DNA of 64,000 nucleotides from Acinetobacter sp. (GCA_046347365.1 JAXMGF010000001.1:44954-108953); one strand, 5' to 3'; positions 9,480 through 22,088 are shown, numbered from the stretch's first letter. Translations and numbers: made by a program. The notes: a model not told the origin generated them from the letters alone.

Positions 9480-11573
9480 ATGTCAATGTTTAATATCGTT
9501 CGTAAAGAATTCCAATTTGGTCAGCATCAAGTTGTTTTAGAAACGGGTCGTGTTGCACGTCAAGCAAATACAGTTTTAATCACCATGGGTGGTGTCACTG
9601 TGCTTGTTGCGGTTGTGGCTCAGCCTAAAGCAAAAGCGGGTCAAGACTTTTTCCCGTTAACTGTGAATTATCAAGAAAAACAATATGCGGCGGGTCGTAT
9701 CCCTGGTGGTTATGGCAAGCGTGAAGGCCGTGCTTCTGAAGCAGAGACTCTAATTTCTCGTTTGATTGACCGTCCAATTCGTCCATTGTTCCCAGAAGGT
9801 TATTTCAACGAAATCCAAGTCACAGCAACAGTTGTGTCTTCTGACAAAACCATGGATGCTGATATTGCTGCAATGTTGGGTACATCTGCTGCATTGTCGA
9901 TTGCAGGCACACCTTTCCGTGGTCCAATTGGTGGCGCACGTGTTGGTTTGATCAATGGTGAATATGTTCTTAACCCAACGTTAGAACAACTTGCACAATC
10001 TGATCTTGATCTTGTCGTTGCAGGTACAGAGTCAGCAGTGTTAATGGTTGAATCTGAAGCGAAAGAACTTTCAGAAGACCAAATGTTAGGCGCAGTACTT
10101 TTCGGTCATGACGAAATGCAAATTGCTGTACAAGCAATCAAAGAATTTGCTGCAGCTGTTGGTGCGAAAGAATCAGAGTGGGTTGCTCCAACACACAACG
10201 AAGAATTACGTGCTAAATTAAAAGAAGCATTTGAAGCAAAAATTTCAGAAGCGTATACAATTGCGGTAAAACAAGAACGTTATGCAGCTTTAGATGCACT
10301 ATATGCAGAAGCTGTAGCTCAGTTCGTTCCAGAAAATGACGAAACTGGTATCGCTGATGAAGTAAACGAATTATTCGAAGACCTTAAATACCGTACAGTA
10401 CGTGACAACATCTTGTCAGGTAAGCCACGAATTGATGGTCGTGATACAAAAACTGTTCGTGCTATCGACGTTCAGGTTGGCGTGCTGGGCCGTGCCCATG
10501 GTTCAGCATTGTTTACCCGTGGCGAAACTCAGGCACTTGTGACTGCAACTCTGGGTAACACTCGTGATGCCTTGATGGTTGATACCTTGGCTGGTACCAA
10601 AACTGACAACTTCATGTTGCATTATAACTTTCCTGCATACTCTGTAGGTGAAACAGGTCGTGAATCTGGTCCTAAACGCCGTGAAATCGGTCATGGCCGT
10701 TTGGCGCGTCGTGGTGTACAGGCGGTACTTCCTCCAGTTGACCGTTTCCCGTATGTGTTACGTGTGGTTTCAGACATTACTGAATCAAATGGTTCATCTT
10801 CAATGGCGTCTGTATGTGGTGCTTCGCTTGCACTGATGGATGCGGGTGTTCCGCTTAAAGCACCAGTTGCGGGTATCGCAATGGGCTTGGTGAAAGAGGG
10901 TGAGCGTTTTGCAGTACTTTCAGACATCCTGGGTGACGAAGACCATCTGGGTGATATGGACTTTAAAGTAGCAGGTTCTGCAAACGGTATTACTGCGCTT
11001 CAAATGGACATCAAGATCGAAGGTATTACTGAAGAGATCATGGAAGTTGCATTAAACCAAGCTTTTGCTGGTCGTATGCATATCCTGAATGAAATGAATA
11101 AAGTCATTTCACGTGCTCGCGCAGAAATCAGTGCGAATGCACCGACTTTCGAGGTGATTAACATCAATCCAGACAAGATTCGTGATGTGATTGGTAAAGG
11201 TGGTGCTACCATTCGTGCCATTACAGAAGAGACCAAAGCTGCGATTGATATCGAAGACAATGGTACAGTTCGTGTATTTGGTGAAACGAAAGCTGCTGCT
11301 CGTGCTGCGATTGCAAAAATTCAGGCACTGACTGCTGAAGTTGAGCCAGGTACAATCTATACAGGTAAAGTGATTCGTATCGTTGAATTTGGTGCATTCG
11401 TGAATATCTTGCCAGGTACGGACGGTTTGCTTCACATTTCGCAAATCTCAAATGAGCGTATTGCCAACGTGACTGACGTATTGAAAGAAGGTCAAGATGT
11501 GAAAGTACAGGTTGCGGATGTGGATAACCGTGGTCGTATCAAGTTGACCATGAAAGACATCGAACAAGCGTAA
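9480..11573 (+). CDS. pnp: Polyribonucleotide nucleotidyltransferase
   Basis: [30 protein letters not shown] and S1 domains; follows rpsO. Confidence 0.99.
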   Translation: MSMFNIVRKEFQFGQHQVVLETGRVARQANTVLITMGGVTVLVAVVAQPKAKAGQDFFPLTVNYQEKQYAAGRIPGGYGKREGRASEAETLISRLIDRPIRPLFPEGYFNEIQVTATVVSSDKTMDADIAAMLGTSAALSIAGTPFRGPIGGARVGLINGEYVLNPTLEQLAQSDLDLVVAGTESAVLMVESEAKELSEDQMLGAVLFGHDEMQIAVQAIKEFAAAVGAKESEWVAPTHNEELRAKLKEAFEAKISEAYTIAVKQERYAALDALYAEAVAQFVPENDETGIADEVNELFEDLKYRTVRDNILSGKPRIDGRDTKTVRAIDVQVGVLGRAHGSALFTRGETQALVTATLGNTRDALMVDTLAGTKTDNFMLHYNFPAYSVGETGRESGPKRREIGHGRLARRGVQAVLPPVDRFPYVLRVVSDITESNGSSSMASVCGASLALMDAGVPLKAPVAGIAMGLVKEGERFAVLSDILGDEDHLGDMDFKVAGSANGITALQMDIKIEGITEEIMEVALNQAFAGRMHILNEMNKVISRARAEISANAPTFEVININPDKIRDVIGKGGATIRAITEETKAAIDIEDNGTVRVFGETKAAARAAIAKIQALTAEVEPGTIYTGKVIRIVEFGAFVNILPGTDGLLHISQISNERIANVTDVLKEGQDVKVQVADVDNRGRIKLTMKDIEQA

Positions 11574-11591
11574 TCACTGCAATCGACTGAC

Positions 11592-11619
11592 AAAAAGCTC
11601 GCCTTGTGCGGGCTTTTTT
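11592..11619 (+). terminator. Intrinsic terminator after pnp
   Basis: AAAAAGCTCGC-CTTGT-GCGGGC followed by T6. Confidence 0.85.
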
Positions 11620-11644
11620 ATGGCATGATATTTTTAGGATTTAA

Positions 11645-12885
11645 ATGAATATCAGGGTTATGCAGCTTTATTATTTTTATCGTCATAACAGTGAAAATAC
11701 GATTTTTATTAGTGCCGAAGAACAATCAGAACATACGCTGGAATTTTTGTGGGTTGATAGTTTGAGACAGGATTTGGTTAATCATACCGATTCTTGGCAA
11801 AAAAATATTTATGAGCACACAGGTGTGGCGCTTAACGAATTTCATATGCGTGACCTGCTCAATATTGAACATCCTTGTGCTTTCGACAGTGTCGAGGAAT
11901 ATGACCTGCTGGTGTTCCGCAAACTGATTAGCCCAGACGACCAGATTTATGAAAGTGACAGTCCACTGGAATCCCATGAAAGTGTTTTTGGCCTGGCCAC
12001 CACACCAGTGAGTTTTATCCTAACGCCGAACATTTTGGTCAGTTTAAGGGAGCAGGGCAATAAGGCGATCGAAAGCTATATTCAACGTATTCCAGTACCA
12101 TTATGGGGCGGGCGATTGAGGAACAAAATAAACCCCGTAAATTAGCCAGTACACCTGCCGATTTATGCTTACGCTTATTGAACAGCATGATTGATGGCTA
12201 TTTGAATTTACGCACCCCATTGACCCGTCGTGTTGAATATTGGCAACAGCAACTTTTGCAGGGCAACCGCCGTTTTAAACAGTGGCATCAATTGTTTCAT
12301 GAAGATATGGCTTTCCAGCAGATTGAAAACCTGTGTGAGGAACAGATTGAAACCTTGCAGGAGTTTCGAGATGAACTGGTGGACAACTACCATCATGTGG
12401 TCAGTGAACATAAGCACAAAAGCCAGGACATTCTTCTGGTTCGTCTCAATGATTTAATGAGCCATGTAGAGCGTGTTCAAAAACATACCTTGCGCTTGAG
12501 AAACGCCATTCAATCAGCCATTGATTTACACTTTTCGGCAATTGCCAACCAGACCAATGAAAATATGCGGATTTTGGCGATTATCACCGCCGTATTCGCA
12601 CCCCTGACCTTGCTGACGGGAATTTATGGAATGAACTTTGAGTTTATTCCAGGATTAAAGTCCCCTGTCGGGTTCTGGATCATGCTGGCGGTGATGTTAT
12701 TAAGCACAGTGCTGTTGCTGTATTATTTCTATCAGCAGCATCTGGTGGGGCGGGGTGAGCGTAGTGTGATTGACCTGCTGGCGCAGCAGCATAAACAACG
12801 CAACCTGAACCTGCTCTGGTTTCTGGACTATGAACCGATTAAACAAACCCTCAAAGAGGTTGAGAAAATGACTAAACTAAAATAA
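11645..12885 (+). CDS. CorA-family Mg2+ transporter (one frameshift near 12100)
   Basis: C-terminal PLTLLTGIYGMNF signature and two TM helices; two overlapping ORFs. Confidence 0.88.
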
Positions 12886-12914
12886 AGCGTTTAGTCATAT
12901 ATAAAGATGTTGCC

Positions 12915-13241
12915 TTAATGAAAATTTTTTAACTGCCTGCGGAGTTGCTGCACTTCATCAATCAGGTCCAGCATCACCGCAACCGCAGATAGACTGGCAT
13001 CAAAGTCACGCTGTAAACGGTAGGCACGACGGGCGCGGGCAACATCTTCACCAATGAACTGGTGGCTTTGTGGATCAACCTGAATCTGCAAAATATCGTA
13101 GTCGATCAGCTTGAGTACCCAGTCGGTGCTTTGACCACAGACTTCGGCAAAGTGTTCGAGATCAAGTGCCAATTGTTCATCAATGATTTCAACTTGGCAG
13201 TGACCATCATATTGAATTTCTTTGTATTGAATAGTTGTCAT
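12915..13241 (-). CDS. cbpM: Chaperone modulator CbpM
   Basis: RARRAYRLQRDF...VAVMLDLIDEV; directly downstream of cbpA. Confidence 0.9.
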   Translation of the reverse strand: MTTIQYKEIQYDGHCQVEIIDEQLALDLEHFAEVCGQSTDWVLKLIDYDILQIQVDPQSHQFIGEDVARARRAYRLQRDFDASLSAVAVMLDLIDEVQQLRRQLKNFH

Positions 13242-13252
13242 GATCTTACTCC

Positions 13253-14218
13253 TTATGATGCACGAGGTCTGAATGAAGCAAAAGCATCTGCAAACTGTTG
13301 ATAAGCTTGTTGCTCTTGTTCGCTGTGTGCTGGTGGTAAAACAATATTAATAATTAGATATAAATGCCCTGCAGTTTTATTTGGTATCCCTTTATCTTTG
13401 AGACGTAATTGTTGTCCATTTTTGGCATTTTTAGGTAAGTTGACTTTGAGTTGCCCTGCGGGAGTATTGACTTCAATGCTTTGTCCTAGAGCTGCTTCCC
13501 ACGGAGTTACATCAATAGTTTGATAGACATCAGCCCCTTCAATACGAATGCGGTCGGTATCTTTATATTGGATTTCAATATAAAGATCACCATTTTCACC
13601 GCCATTGATACCACTTTGCCCTTGACCATTTAAGCGAATTTGCTGACCTTCTTTCATTCCTTTTGGAATTTTGACTTCCAGCGTTTTGCGCTGTACTTCA
13701 GGCTCACCATAGGCATTGTAGGTCGGAATCTGTAGGGTAATTTGCTGGGTTGAACCGTGATAGGCAATATCTAAATCAACTTGAATGCTGGCATGCTGGT
13801 CTTCGCCCTTGTAACTGCGTTGCTGGCGTTGCGAACGCTGCTGCCCACCACCAAAACCTGAGCCAAATCGACCAAATAAATCCTCAAAGCCACTAAAGTC
13901 TGCACCCCCATCGCCTGAACTTTGGCGATAGAACTGGGAACCATCGAATCCACCCGTGCCCTGACCAAATCCGCCAGCACCCTGACCAAAGCCAGCAAAA
14001 CCCTGCGGATGATCCAGCATCTGGTCATATTCAGCCTTTTTAGTGGCATCACCCAAGGTATCGTAGGCGACATTAATCGCCTGCATTTTGGCTTCAGCAT
14101 CTGCCTCTTTACTAATATCTGGATGATATTTCTTTGCCAGTTTACGATATGCTTTTTTGATTTCGTCTGCTGAGGCATCTCTTGAAACACCGAGCTCTTC
14201 ATAATAATTTTTTGCCAT
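13253..14218 (-). CDS. cbpA: DnaJ-class chaperone (curved DNA-binding protein)
   Basis: J-domain with HPD, G/F-rich region, no zinc finger; paired with cbpM. Confidence 0.92.
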   Translation of the reverse strand: MAKNYYEELGVSRDASADEIKKAYRKLAKKYHPDISKEADAEAKMQAINVAYDTLGDATKKAEYDQMLDHPQGFAGFGQGAGGFGQGTGGFDGSQFYRQSSGDGGADFSGFEDLFGRFGSGFGGGQQRSQRQQRSYKGEDQHASIQVDLDIAYHGSTQQITLQIPTYNAYGEPEVQRKTLEVKIPKGMKEGQQIRLNGQGQSGINGGENGDLYIEIQYKDTDRIRIEGADVYQTIDVTPWEAALGQSIEVNTPAGQLKVNLPKNAKNGQQLRLKDKGIPNKTAGHLYLIINIVLPPAHSEQEQQAYQQFADAFASFRPRAS

Positions 14219-14432
14219 GATCTTAAATATAATAATGAGATGTTTCTTTTATTATGAAGCGAATTGCCAAGATTTCAATAGGCTGGATTGTATAAGACTT
14301 GTTTTGTTGTTTTGGAAAAAATGCCAGCACTTTGGCTTGGCTGACACCGATCATGATATCCATTGGGCTATAACTTTAACTGAGATAGAGTTTTGGATAA
14401 ATGCCTTATCCAGTAGACCTTAACGTAAAATA

Positions 14433-14459
14433 AAAAAAGACGGCAGCCCGTCTTTTTTT
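14433..14459. terminator. Terminator after hslO
   Basis: A-run-GACGG-CAGC-CCGTC-T-run. Confidence 0.75.
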
Positions 14460-14478
14460 ATGAGAAAAATCAATTAAC

Positions 14479-15348
14479 TCAAATGTTCACCAAATAAGGC
14501 CAAAGCCTCTTCGGCGGTAAATTCATAGCGTGCATTACAGAACTGGCAATCCATCTGAATTGGATTCTGTGCTTCCAGCGTTTCGTGTACCGCATCCCCC
14601 CAATCTGGATCAGCGCATTGGCACAGCGTTCCTTTGAACAGGTACAACCGAACTTTAATTGCTCAACATCAGGTAAACGTACCTCTTCTTCATTATACAG
14701 GCGGTACAGGATCTCATTGGCTGGTAGGTCGGTTAGCTCTTCTGGTTTTAGTGTTTCAGTCAGCATGGTCAGACGTGGCCATAAGTCCTCATCCACCAGT
14801 TTTTGTTCTTCCTCATTATTGCGCGGAAGTAATTGAATCAGTAAGCCACCCGAACGTTTACTGTTGGTTGCCAGAACAATATGTGTTGGAATCTGTGCAG
14901 ACAGGTCATAATACTGCATCAGGCAACCTGCCAGTGTCGGTTGATCCAGTGGCACAATCCCCTGATAGCGTTCGCCATGCTCAGGTTCGATATTGATAAA
15001 TAGAACAGGGCTGCTCAGTGATGCAAGTACAGTACGGCTATCCGACCCCTCTACGAATCTTGGGTCATCTTCATAATCCGCCAGTGCGCGCACTTCGCCC
15101 AAATGGTTGCATTCCGCCATTGCCCATTTGAATGTGCCATTGGCCTGAATTTGTAGGCTGATACGGCCACGGATTTTAAGTGTGCTTGCCAGTAAGGCGG
15201 TGGCACTGAGCATTTCACCCAGCAGGCTTTGCACCGCAGGCATATATTCACGTTGTGCCAGAATGGTTTGCAGCGTTTCTTCCAAATGAACCACCTCACC
15301 GCGAACAGGGCAGTCTTCAATATAAAAGCGTTGGCGTAAATCAGACAT
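14479..15348 (-). CDS. hslO: Hsp33 redox chaperone (frameshift near the 3' end)
   Basis: YQGIVPL, SAQIPT, FGCTCSKER; the second CxxC lies in another frame. Confidence 0.93.
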   Translation of the reverse strand: MSDLRQRFYIEDCPVRGEVVHLEETLQTILAQREYMPAVQSLLGEMLSATALLASTLKIRGRISLQIQANGTFKWAMAECNHLGEVRALADYEDDPRFVEGSDSRTVLASLSSPVLFINIEPEHGERYQGIVPLDQPTLAGCLMQYYDLSAQIPTHIVLATNSKRSGGLLIQLLPRNNEEEQKLVDEDLWPRLTMLTETLKPEELTDLPANEILYRLYNEEEVRLPDVEQLKFGCTCSKERCANALIQIGGMRYTKRWKHRIQFRWIASSVMHAMNLPPKRLWPYLVNI

Positions 15349-15468
15349 CTTTTTCTCCAGTATTCAGTACAGCGCACAAACAACGCTTTTGACTTGCCAA
15401 GCCTGAACGGCTGCACAAGTGGGTGAATGGGGGGTATGCAGTCAATAATGGTGGCGCTTTGCTAAAAC

Positions 15469-17286
15469 TCAAGATGTTTCATGCGGCGATTTTGCAGCAG
15501 TTTGTGTCGCCTGATCATCAGGCAGGCGTTCTGGGGCGACAATTCTCATGTTTTCAAACAAATACTCAAGTTCAGCAAGTGCATTGGGATAATTGTTGAT
15601 TGTTTCATACTGGTCATGAGACCAGAGCGACTGATTCAGCAACTGTTGATCCTGCTGCTGGAACTGGCTGATTTGTACCTGTGCATCCGCAGTTGAACAT
15701 CCAGTTTCAATCAGTGCCTGTTGGGCCATATCCAGAGAAGATAAATAGGTTTCACGCCAAACATGCTGAATGCCCAAATCATGCAGTAAATGGGCATGAT
15801 GACGGTCACGCGCACGTACCAGCAAGCTCAGGTCTGGATAATTTAGGCGAAGATGCCGTGCAAGGTTCATGCTGTCTTCAACATCATCAATGGCAATAAT
15901 CAGCAACTTGCAATATTCAATACCTGCCGCACGCAGGTTTTCGACTTGGGTGACATCAGCATCCAGAAAATGATGTCCATATTGTTCAATAAAATCAGCA
16001 TCAGGCTGGTTGCTGTCTATTACGCTGAACTGTCTGCCCTGTGCATGTAGAGCGCGTGCAACCACCTGTCCAAATCGTCCAAAGCCGACAATTAGAATCG
16101 GATGCTGTGGCACATCATGGGCATGTTTAGGCGCTTTTTTTTGCATCAAGGGCAGGATTTTGGTGTTCATTAACCAAAATAATAATGGTGTAAGCAGCAT
16201 TGAGCCAAATATGATCAGCAAGGTCGGTTGCAAAATCTCTTTGCTGAGTAACTGCTCGCTTTCAGCGATTTTTAACAGAAGAAAAGACAGTTCACCACTG
16301 TGTGCCAGCAGAATAGCTAGTCCCATGCTGAACTTGCCAGAACGCTGCTGATAATAACCGCATGCCGCAATCATAGCGGCCTTAATCAGCAATAATCCAG
16401 AAATGGAAGCTAAAATAAATAAAGGTGACTGTAGTAGCGGAGTCAGGGAAATTTCTAGCCCGATGGCAAGGAACAATAACCCGATTGCTGCATCTCTAAA
16501 CGGGGAAATCATCCGTTCAACTTCCACCTTAAACTCAGTCTCTGCCAGTAAGATGCCTGCCAGAAAAGCGCCAATCAGTGTATGGATGTTGAGAATATCT
16601 ATGATTAAAAGCACTGAGAAAACAATCAAGAGTCCCAGAACGGGAATCAGTTCAACACTGTGGCGATGTGCTAGAAAGCGAAAGGCAGGTCGAACCAGAT
16701 AACGGCTTGCGAGAAACAAGCCTGAAATGGTGGCAATGATCGCAGCGAAATAGGCGATACCATGCTGGGTTGATGCAGTGTCTTCCAGTAGGGGAAACAG
16801 CCCAATCAGAAGCACTGCAAAGAGCGTTTGCAACTGTAGGCCTAATAATGCAGTTTGTCCCAATGTACTGTTGATTTGTCTCTTGTTTTGAAGCAGTTGC
16901 TGAGTAAGGGTGATGGAAGACAGGGCAAGCGCAAAGCCGAGAACAATACTTTTTAGAAAATCCTGTAGGATGAAAAAACAGGTACTGATCAATAAAATAG
17001 TGCTGAGTAGCAATGGCAAGCCACTATTGATCATCAGGTTGTGGCGCTGTGTCCAAAGTTGTTGTGGTTTAAAGGCAAAGCCCAAAAACAACATGAACAG
17101 GATCATGCCCAGCTCAGTCAGTTGATTAATTAGCTCTGCATCATGAATCAGATTGAAAACACCAGAACCCAGCAATAGCCCTGCGATGAGATAACCCAAA
17201 ACAGGGGTTGAGGCATAGCGTTTTGCCAATGGTGCAAAGATTAAGCTCGCAAGCAATAACAAAATGATTTGTAGCAGTAAGGACAT
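15469..17286 (-). CDS. Kef-type K+/H+ antiporter (CPA2 plus KTN domain)
   Basis: Multi-TM N-terminus, VGFGRFGQ, RARDRHHA. Confidence 0.9.
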   Translation of the reverse strand: MSLLLQIILLLLASLIFAPLAKRYASTPVLGYLIAGLLLGSGVFNLIHDAELINQLTELGMILFMLFLGFAFKPQQLWTQRHNLMINSGLPLLLSTILLISTCFFILQDFLKSIVLGFALALSSITLTQQLLQNKRQINSTLGQTALLGLQLQTLFAVLLIGLFPLLEDTASTQHGIAYFAAIIATISGLFLASRYLVRPAFRFLAHRHSVELIPVLGLLIVFSVLLIIDILNIHTLIGAFLAGILLAETEFKVEVERMISPFRDAAIGLLFLAIGLEISLTPLLQSPLFILASISGLLLIKAAMIAACGYYQQRSGKFSMGLAILLAHSGELSFLLLKIAESEQLLSKEILQPTLLIIFGSMLLTPLLFWLMNTKILPLMQKKAPKHAHDVPQHPILIVGFGRFGQVVARALHAQGRQFSVIDSNQPDADFIEQYGHHFLDADVTQVENLRAAGIEYCKLLIIAIDDVEDSMNLARHLRLNYPDLSLLVRARDRHHAHLLHDLGIQHVWRETYLSSLDMAQQALIETGCSTADAQVQISQFQQQDQQLLNQSLWSHDQYETINNYPNALAELEYLFENMRIVAPERLPDDQATQTAAKSPHETS

Positions 17287-17323
17287 CTAATGCCTCAAAT
17301 TTTTATGTTTCTCATATTCAGTT

Positions 17324-19548
17324 CTAACTAAACTCTTGTGGGTCCACATCAATCGACAGTCTCAGTTGATGCTGACGAGGTAAATGTACCACTTGTTGCC
17401 ACCATTGACGTAAATAAAAATGCAGTTTTGCCCGATCAGCAGACAAAATCACCATGTGTGCCCGATAACGGCCTGCTTTACGTTCCATCGGTGCAGGAAT
17501 AGGGCCCCAAATATCAACACTGTCTGCTGCCATCGCTCTGAATTGCTGGGCAATCTTAGACAGGAATTGTTGGCTATATTCTCTATCTTTGGATTCAACC
17601 CGAACCAGCACAGCATAACGATAGGGTGGCAATAACGCTATTTTGCGTTCAGCCAGCATGTGCTTTGCCACAGTTCGATAATCATGTTCAATCAATGTGG
17701 TCAGCATGGGATGGTCAGGGCGTAGGCTTTGTAAATAGACATGGCCCTTGTGTTCGCCACGGCCCGCACGACCTGCAACTTGCACGATCAACTGGGCGGT
17801 ACGTTCTGGCGCACGGATATCCACACTTAATAATCCTGCATCTATATCCAGAATGGCAACTAGGGTGACGTGGGGGAAATGATGTCCTTTTGCCAGCATT
17901 TGCGTACCCAGCAAAATCGTGGGTTTGTTTTGCTGAATACGGTCATAAATCTTCTGCCAGCTCCCCACCCGACTGGTGCTGTCACGATCCACCCGAATCA
18001 CATCGTGATGCGGAAACAACTCATTCAGGTGTTCCTCAACTTTTGCTGTCCCTGCACCCAGACTTTTCAGCGTGTGTTGCTGACATTCAGGGCAGTGATC
18101 AGGCAAACGCTGAATGGTGCCACAATGATGACAATGCAAATAATGATAGGGTTGTGAATGCACAGTAAAGTGGGCATCGCAATGTGGGCAATTGGCCTGC
18201 CAGCCACAGCTTTCACAAATCAGCACAGGCGCATAGCCACGGCGGTTGAGAAAGATCAGTACCTGTTCCTTGCGTTCTAGTGTCTGCCTGATTTGCTCAA
18301 TCAGGATTTGGCTGATGCCATGCTGTTTTTTTGCCACTTTCAGGTCAATCACATGCATTCTGGGTAGGCTCGCAACGCCAGCACGCTGGCTCAGTTCAAG
18401 CAGATGCAATTTACCTGATTCAACCAAATGATAGCTATCAATACTTGGCGTGGCTGAACCCAGAATCACAGGGCATTGTTGCAAGTGCCCACGATACAGT
18501 GCCACATCACGGGCATGGTAGCGGAAACCCTCTTGCTGCTTATAGGAAAGGTCATGTTCCTCATCCAGAATAATCAAACCTAAATGGGGTAGTGGTGTGT
18601 AAATTGCTGAGCGTGTGCCAATCACAATTGAAGCTTTACCCGTCTGGGCATGTTGCCAGGCCTGTAGGCGCTTTGAGTCATTCAGGCCTGAATGCAGCAA
18701 AGCCACATCACAGTGAAAGCGAGACTTAAAACGTGCAACGGTTTGCGGGGTCAGGCCAATTTCAGGCACCAGCACCAGCACCTGTTTGCCCTGTTTTAAC
18801 ACCTCATACATGACCTGCAAATAAACTTCAGTTTTACCACTGCCTGTTAAGCCATCCAGTAAAAACGCCTGATAGTGATGCAGCGATTTTAAAATTTGTT
18901 CAATGGCTTGCTTTTGGTCTGGATTGGCTGTGAGTGGCATTTGTGCCAACTGTACAGGCATAGGCGTGAAATCATGCGGTTCAAGCTGACATTGCACCAG
19001 CCCCTTTTTTCCAGTGCCTTCAGTGTAGCGGTTTCCACGCCGCTCAAGTTTAAAATATTCTCTGTGGTGCCATGCGGATGCAGCTTGAGAATCTGGTAAG
19101 CATCATATTGTTTTTGCGAGCGTTTCAATAAGCCATTAGGGTCATCATGTGGAATGACTTTCCATTGATGAAACAGGATATCCAGTGCGCGGCCTTGCCT
19201 GAGTAGAGTGGGCAAGGCACTTTGCATGACTTCGCCAATCGGGAACTGGTAATATTGGGCTGACCATGTCAATAAAGTTAAAACTTGTTGGTCTAAAATC
19301 GCTTCCTGATCGAGCAGTTCGGTAATGGCTTTAAGCTTGAATTGACCTGTAAATGCCTCGTTTGGATCAACTTTTTCAGTAATGATTCCCACGAGATTTT
19401 GCCGTCCAAACGAAATCGCAACGCGTGCACCAACTTGTGCCTGCACATATTCCTCGGCACTGAGCGTATAGTCAAACGTGTCATAAATATAGACAGGAAT
19501 GGCAACTCGAATACGGTACAGAATCGCGTTAGAATTTTGGTTCGGCAT
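17324..19548 (-). CDS. priA: Primosomal protein N' (frameshift near 19000)
   Basis: DGLTGSGKTEVY, DEEHD, four CxxC pairs, QVAGRAGR; N-terminal part in ORF 18889..19548. Confidence 0.95.
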
Positions 19549-19709
19549 ATAGGCTTCAATCAGGTGTAAAATGGCATGACTGCATGTTGTTGAATTATGC
19601 TAAAGTGCTGTGCATGATGTCGATGAATTTCTTGCGGAACACTGGTTCCCCATCTCATACACGGATATAACGGTAACGACAACTATTTTGGGACAATTAG
19701 AACAGAACC

Positions 19710-20915
19710 ATGCCTGCTTATCAATTTACTGCGCTTGATGCTTCGGGAAAGCAACATAAAGGTGTGCTTGAGGGAGATTCCGCGCGCCAAATCCGTCAAC
19801 AGTTACGGGATAAAGCATGGACACCGATTGCGGTCGATGCGGTTGAACAAAAAGACAAACAGCAACAACGCTCATGGTTTAAAAAAGGCTTTAGTGCCTA
19901 TGATCTGGCGTTGATGACCCGTCAGCTTTCAGTGCTGGTTGCAGCAGGTATTCCGCTGGAAGAAGCCTTGCGTGCGGTCAGTAAGCAAAGCGAAAAGGCC
20001 CATGTGCAAAACCTGTTGATCGCTGTGCGTTCCAAAGTGCTGGAAGGTCATTCACTGGCTCAGGCCATGCAGCAATCTGGTCGTTTTCCTGAGCTCTATA
20101 TTGCCACAGTTGCGGCAGGTGAGCGTTCGGGGCATCTGGACCTGATTTTAGACCAGCTTTCAGACTACACTGAAAACCGCTTTGCCATGCAGAAGAAAAT
20201 TCAGGGCGCGATGATCTACCCGATTATCCTGATGCTGATGTCATTTGGGATTGTGATGGGCTTGATGACCTATGTCGTGCCTGAAATTGTCAAAACCTTT
20301 GAGCAAAGTAAGGAAGCCTTGCCGTGGATTACGGTTCTGCTGATGAAAGCCAGTACCTTTATTCGCCATACATGGATTGCAATGCTGATCCTTGCTGTGA
20401 TTGCAATCATTCTGTTTACACGGTTTCTAAGAACCACCGCAGGGCATTATGCCTTTGACCGTTTAACACTCAAGTTGCCTCTGTTTGGTAAACTCTCGCG
20501 TGGTATCAATGCAGCACGTTTTGCCAGTACGCTGTCGATTTTGACCCGTTCAGGTGTACCTTTGGTTGAGGCATTACGCATTGGCGCGGAAGTGAGCAAT
20601 AACTGGGTGATTCGCGATGCCATTGAAGTGGCGATGGAACGTGTAACAGAAGGTGGTAATTTGGCAACACAATTGGAGCGTTGCGGTTATTTCCCACCAA
20701 TGATGGTACAAATGATTCGGAGTGGTGAAGCTTCGGGTGAACTGGATCGCATGCTGGATCGGGCATCGACCATGCAGGATCGGGAAGTTAGCACCTTTAT
20801 CTCCACCTTGCTGGCATTGCTGGAGCCGCTGATGCTGGTCTTTATGGCAGCCATTGTATTGGTGATTGTGATTGCGGTCATGTTGCCAATTATTAATATG
20901 AATAATATGATCTAG
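19710..20915 (+). CDS. gspF: Type II secretion inner membrane protein F
   Basis: RQLSVLVAAGIPL, AGERSGHL, LLEPLM; next to gspG. Confidence 0.95.
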   Translation: MPAYQFTALDASGKQHKGVLEGDSARQIRQQLRDKAWTPIAVDAVEQKDKQQQRSWFKKGFSAYDLALMTRQLSVLVAAGIPLEEALRAVSKQSEKAHVQNLLIAVRSKVLEGHSLAQAMQQSGRFPELYIATVAAGERSGHLDLILDQLSDYTENRFAMQKKIQGAMIYPIILMLMSFGIVMGLMTYVVPEIVKTFEQSKEALPWITVLLMKASTFIRHTWIAMLILAVIAIILFTRFLRTTAGHYAFDRLTLKLPLFGKLSRGINAARFASTLSILTRSGVPLVEALRIGAEVSNNWVIRDAIEVAMERVTEGGNLATQLERCGYFPPMMVQMIRSGEASGELDRMLDRASTMQDREVSTFISTLLALLEPLMLVFMAAIVLVIVIAVMLPIINMNNMI

Positions 20916-20920
20916 GAAAT

Positions 20921-21457
20921 TTGATGTTTGAGATGAAAATGAATAATTCAGTGAGTGAACAGCATTCTAAGCATAATCCTAATTCTGCCACTCGAAGCAC
21001 AGCTTCTCGCCTTGCGACAGGGTCGAGCGTTGCTCGACTTAATCCTGCCTCAGGATTTACCCTCATTGAGGTGATGGTGGTGATTGTAATTTTAGGTGTA
21101 TTGGCTGCGCTGATTGTACCCAATGTGATGGGACGTGGTGAAAAAGCCAAAGTTGATACCACTAGTATTACACTCAAAGGTGTTGCAGGTGCTTTGGATC
21201 AATATAAATTAGATAATGGCCGTTACCCAAGCATGCAAGATGGTGGCTTGGATGCATTGGTGAATCAACCTGCTTCTGCAAAGAACTGGTTGCCAGGTGG
21301 TTATGTTAAAGGCGGCTATCCAAAAGACAGTTGGGAAAATGATTTACAGTATGTAATTCCAGGCCGTGAGGGTCGTTCATTTGATTTATATTCCTTTGGT
21401 GCGGATGGTAAAGAAGGCGGCGAGGGTAATGATGCCGATATTTATTATCAGCCATAA
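20921..21457 (+). CDS. gspG: Type II secretion major pseudopilin, with a long leader (start uncertain)
   Basis: G|FTLIEVMVV prepilin site, YKLDNGRYP, SFGADGKEGGEGNDADI. Confidence 0.95.
   Translation: MMFEMKMNNSVSEQHSKHNPNSATRSTASRLATGSSVARLNPASGFTLIEVMVVIVILGVLAALIVPNVMGRGEKAKVDTTSITLKGVAGALDQYKLDNGRYPSMQDGGLDALVNQPASAKNWLPGGYVKGGYPKDSWENDLQYVIPGREGRSFDLYSFGADGKEGGEGNDADIYYQP
20994..21054 (+). repeat. Double-hairpin palindromic repeat, copy 1 (in frame in the gspG leader)
   Basis: GAAGC-ACA-GCTTC and GTCGAGC-GTT-GCTCGAC; 21011-21054 aligns 33/44 with the minus strand of 44245-44287. Confidence 0.7.
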
Positions 21458-21471
21458 TATCTAATCAAAAA

Positions 21472-21516
21472 TATCACTTCACTTTTTAAATAAAGTAAAT
21501 TAGGAGTGAAGTGATA
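21472..21516 (+). terminator. Long hairpin after gspG
   Basis: TATCACTTCACT...AGTGAAGTGATA perfect 12-bp inverted repeat, extendable with G-U pairs. Confidence 0.55.
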
Positions 21517-21721
21517 ATGTTTCCTGTTTTATAAATAAAATATAAGGGTTTGAAAAATATATAAATTTTAAAACAAATAGTATGTGATATTTATAACAAG
21601 AATTATTCCCATGTGTAATGGTTACAAGAAACGGAAAATAACAGGAAAAATAGACTTTTTCTTTATATTAAAGCTTTGCATAATAAATTCAAACCATTTA
21701 AATCAGGTATGGAGTGAGCAG

Positions 21722-22066
21722 ATGAAAGCATTTTTTATGTTGGATGAACTGAATCAGTTTCATTGGGCAATGCTTAAATCTGTGTTGCTTATTTTAAGCC
21801 TGTTGCCGATCAGTGAGGGCGCTTTAAGTTTATGGCATGCTACAGAAGGTAGCAGCCAGATCATGATTGGTTTTTTTGCATTAAGCATGTTGAGTGCATG
21901 GTTTGTACTGTGTTTTCTAAGTGCCTTAAAAACAACCGTATGGGATAATCAGGAGATGATTTCCAGATACGAGCAATTGTTGTTTAAGGCTTACCGCTAT
22001 ATTCCGATGTTATTTTTATCGAGTCTGGTTGCATATTTATCCGTGCAATTGCCATTGGCCTTGTAA
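21722..22066 (+). CDS. Hypothetical membrane protein (about 3 TM helices)
   Basis: ATG at 21722 with a GGAG upstream; hydrophobic segments. Confidence 0.7.
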   Translation: MKAFFMLDELNQFHWAMLKSVLLILSLLPISEGALSLWHATEGSSQIMIGFFALSMLSAWFVLCFLSALKTTVWDNQEMISRYEQLLFKAYRYIPMLFLSSLVAYLSVQLPLAL

Positions 22067-22088
22067 CTCAAAGATCAATCCCGTTATA

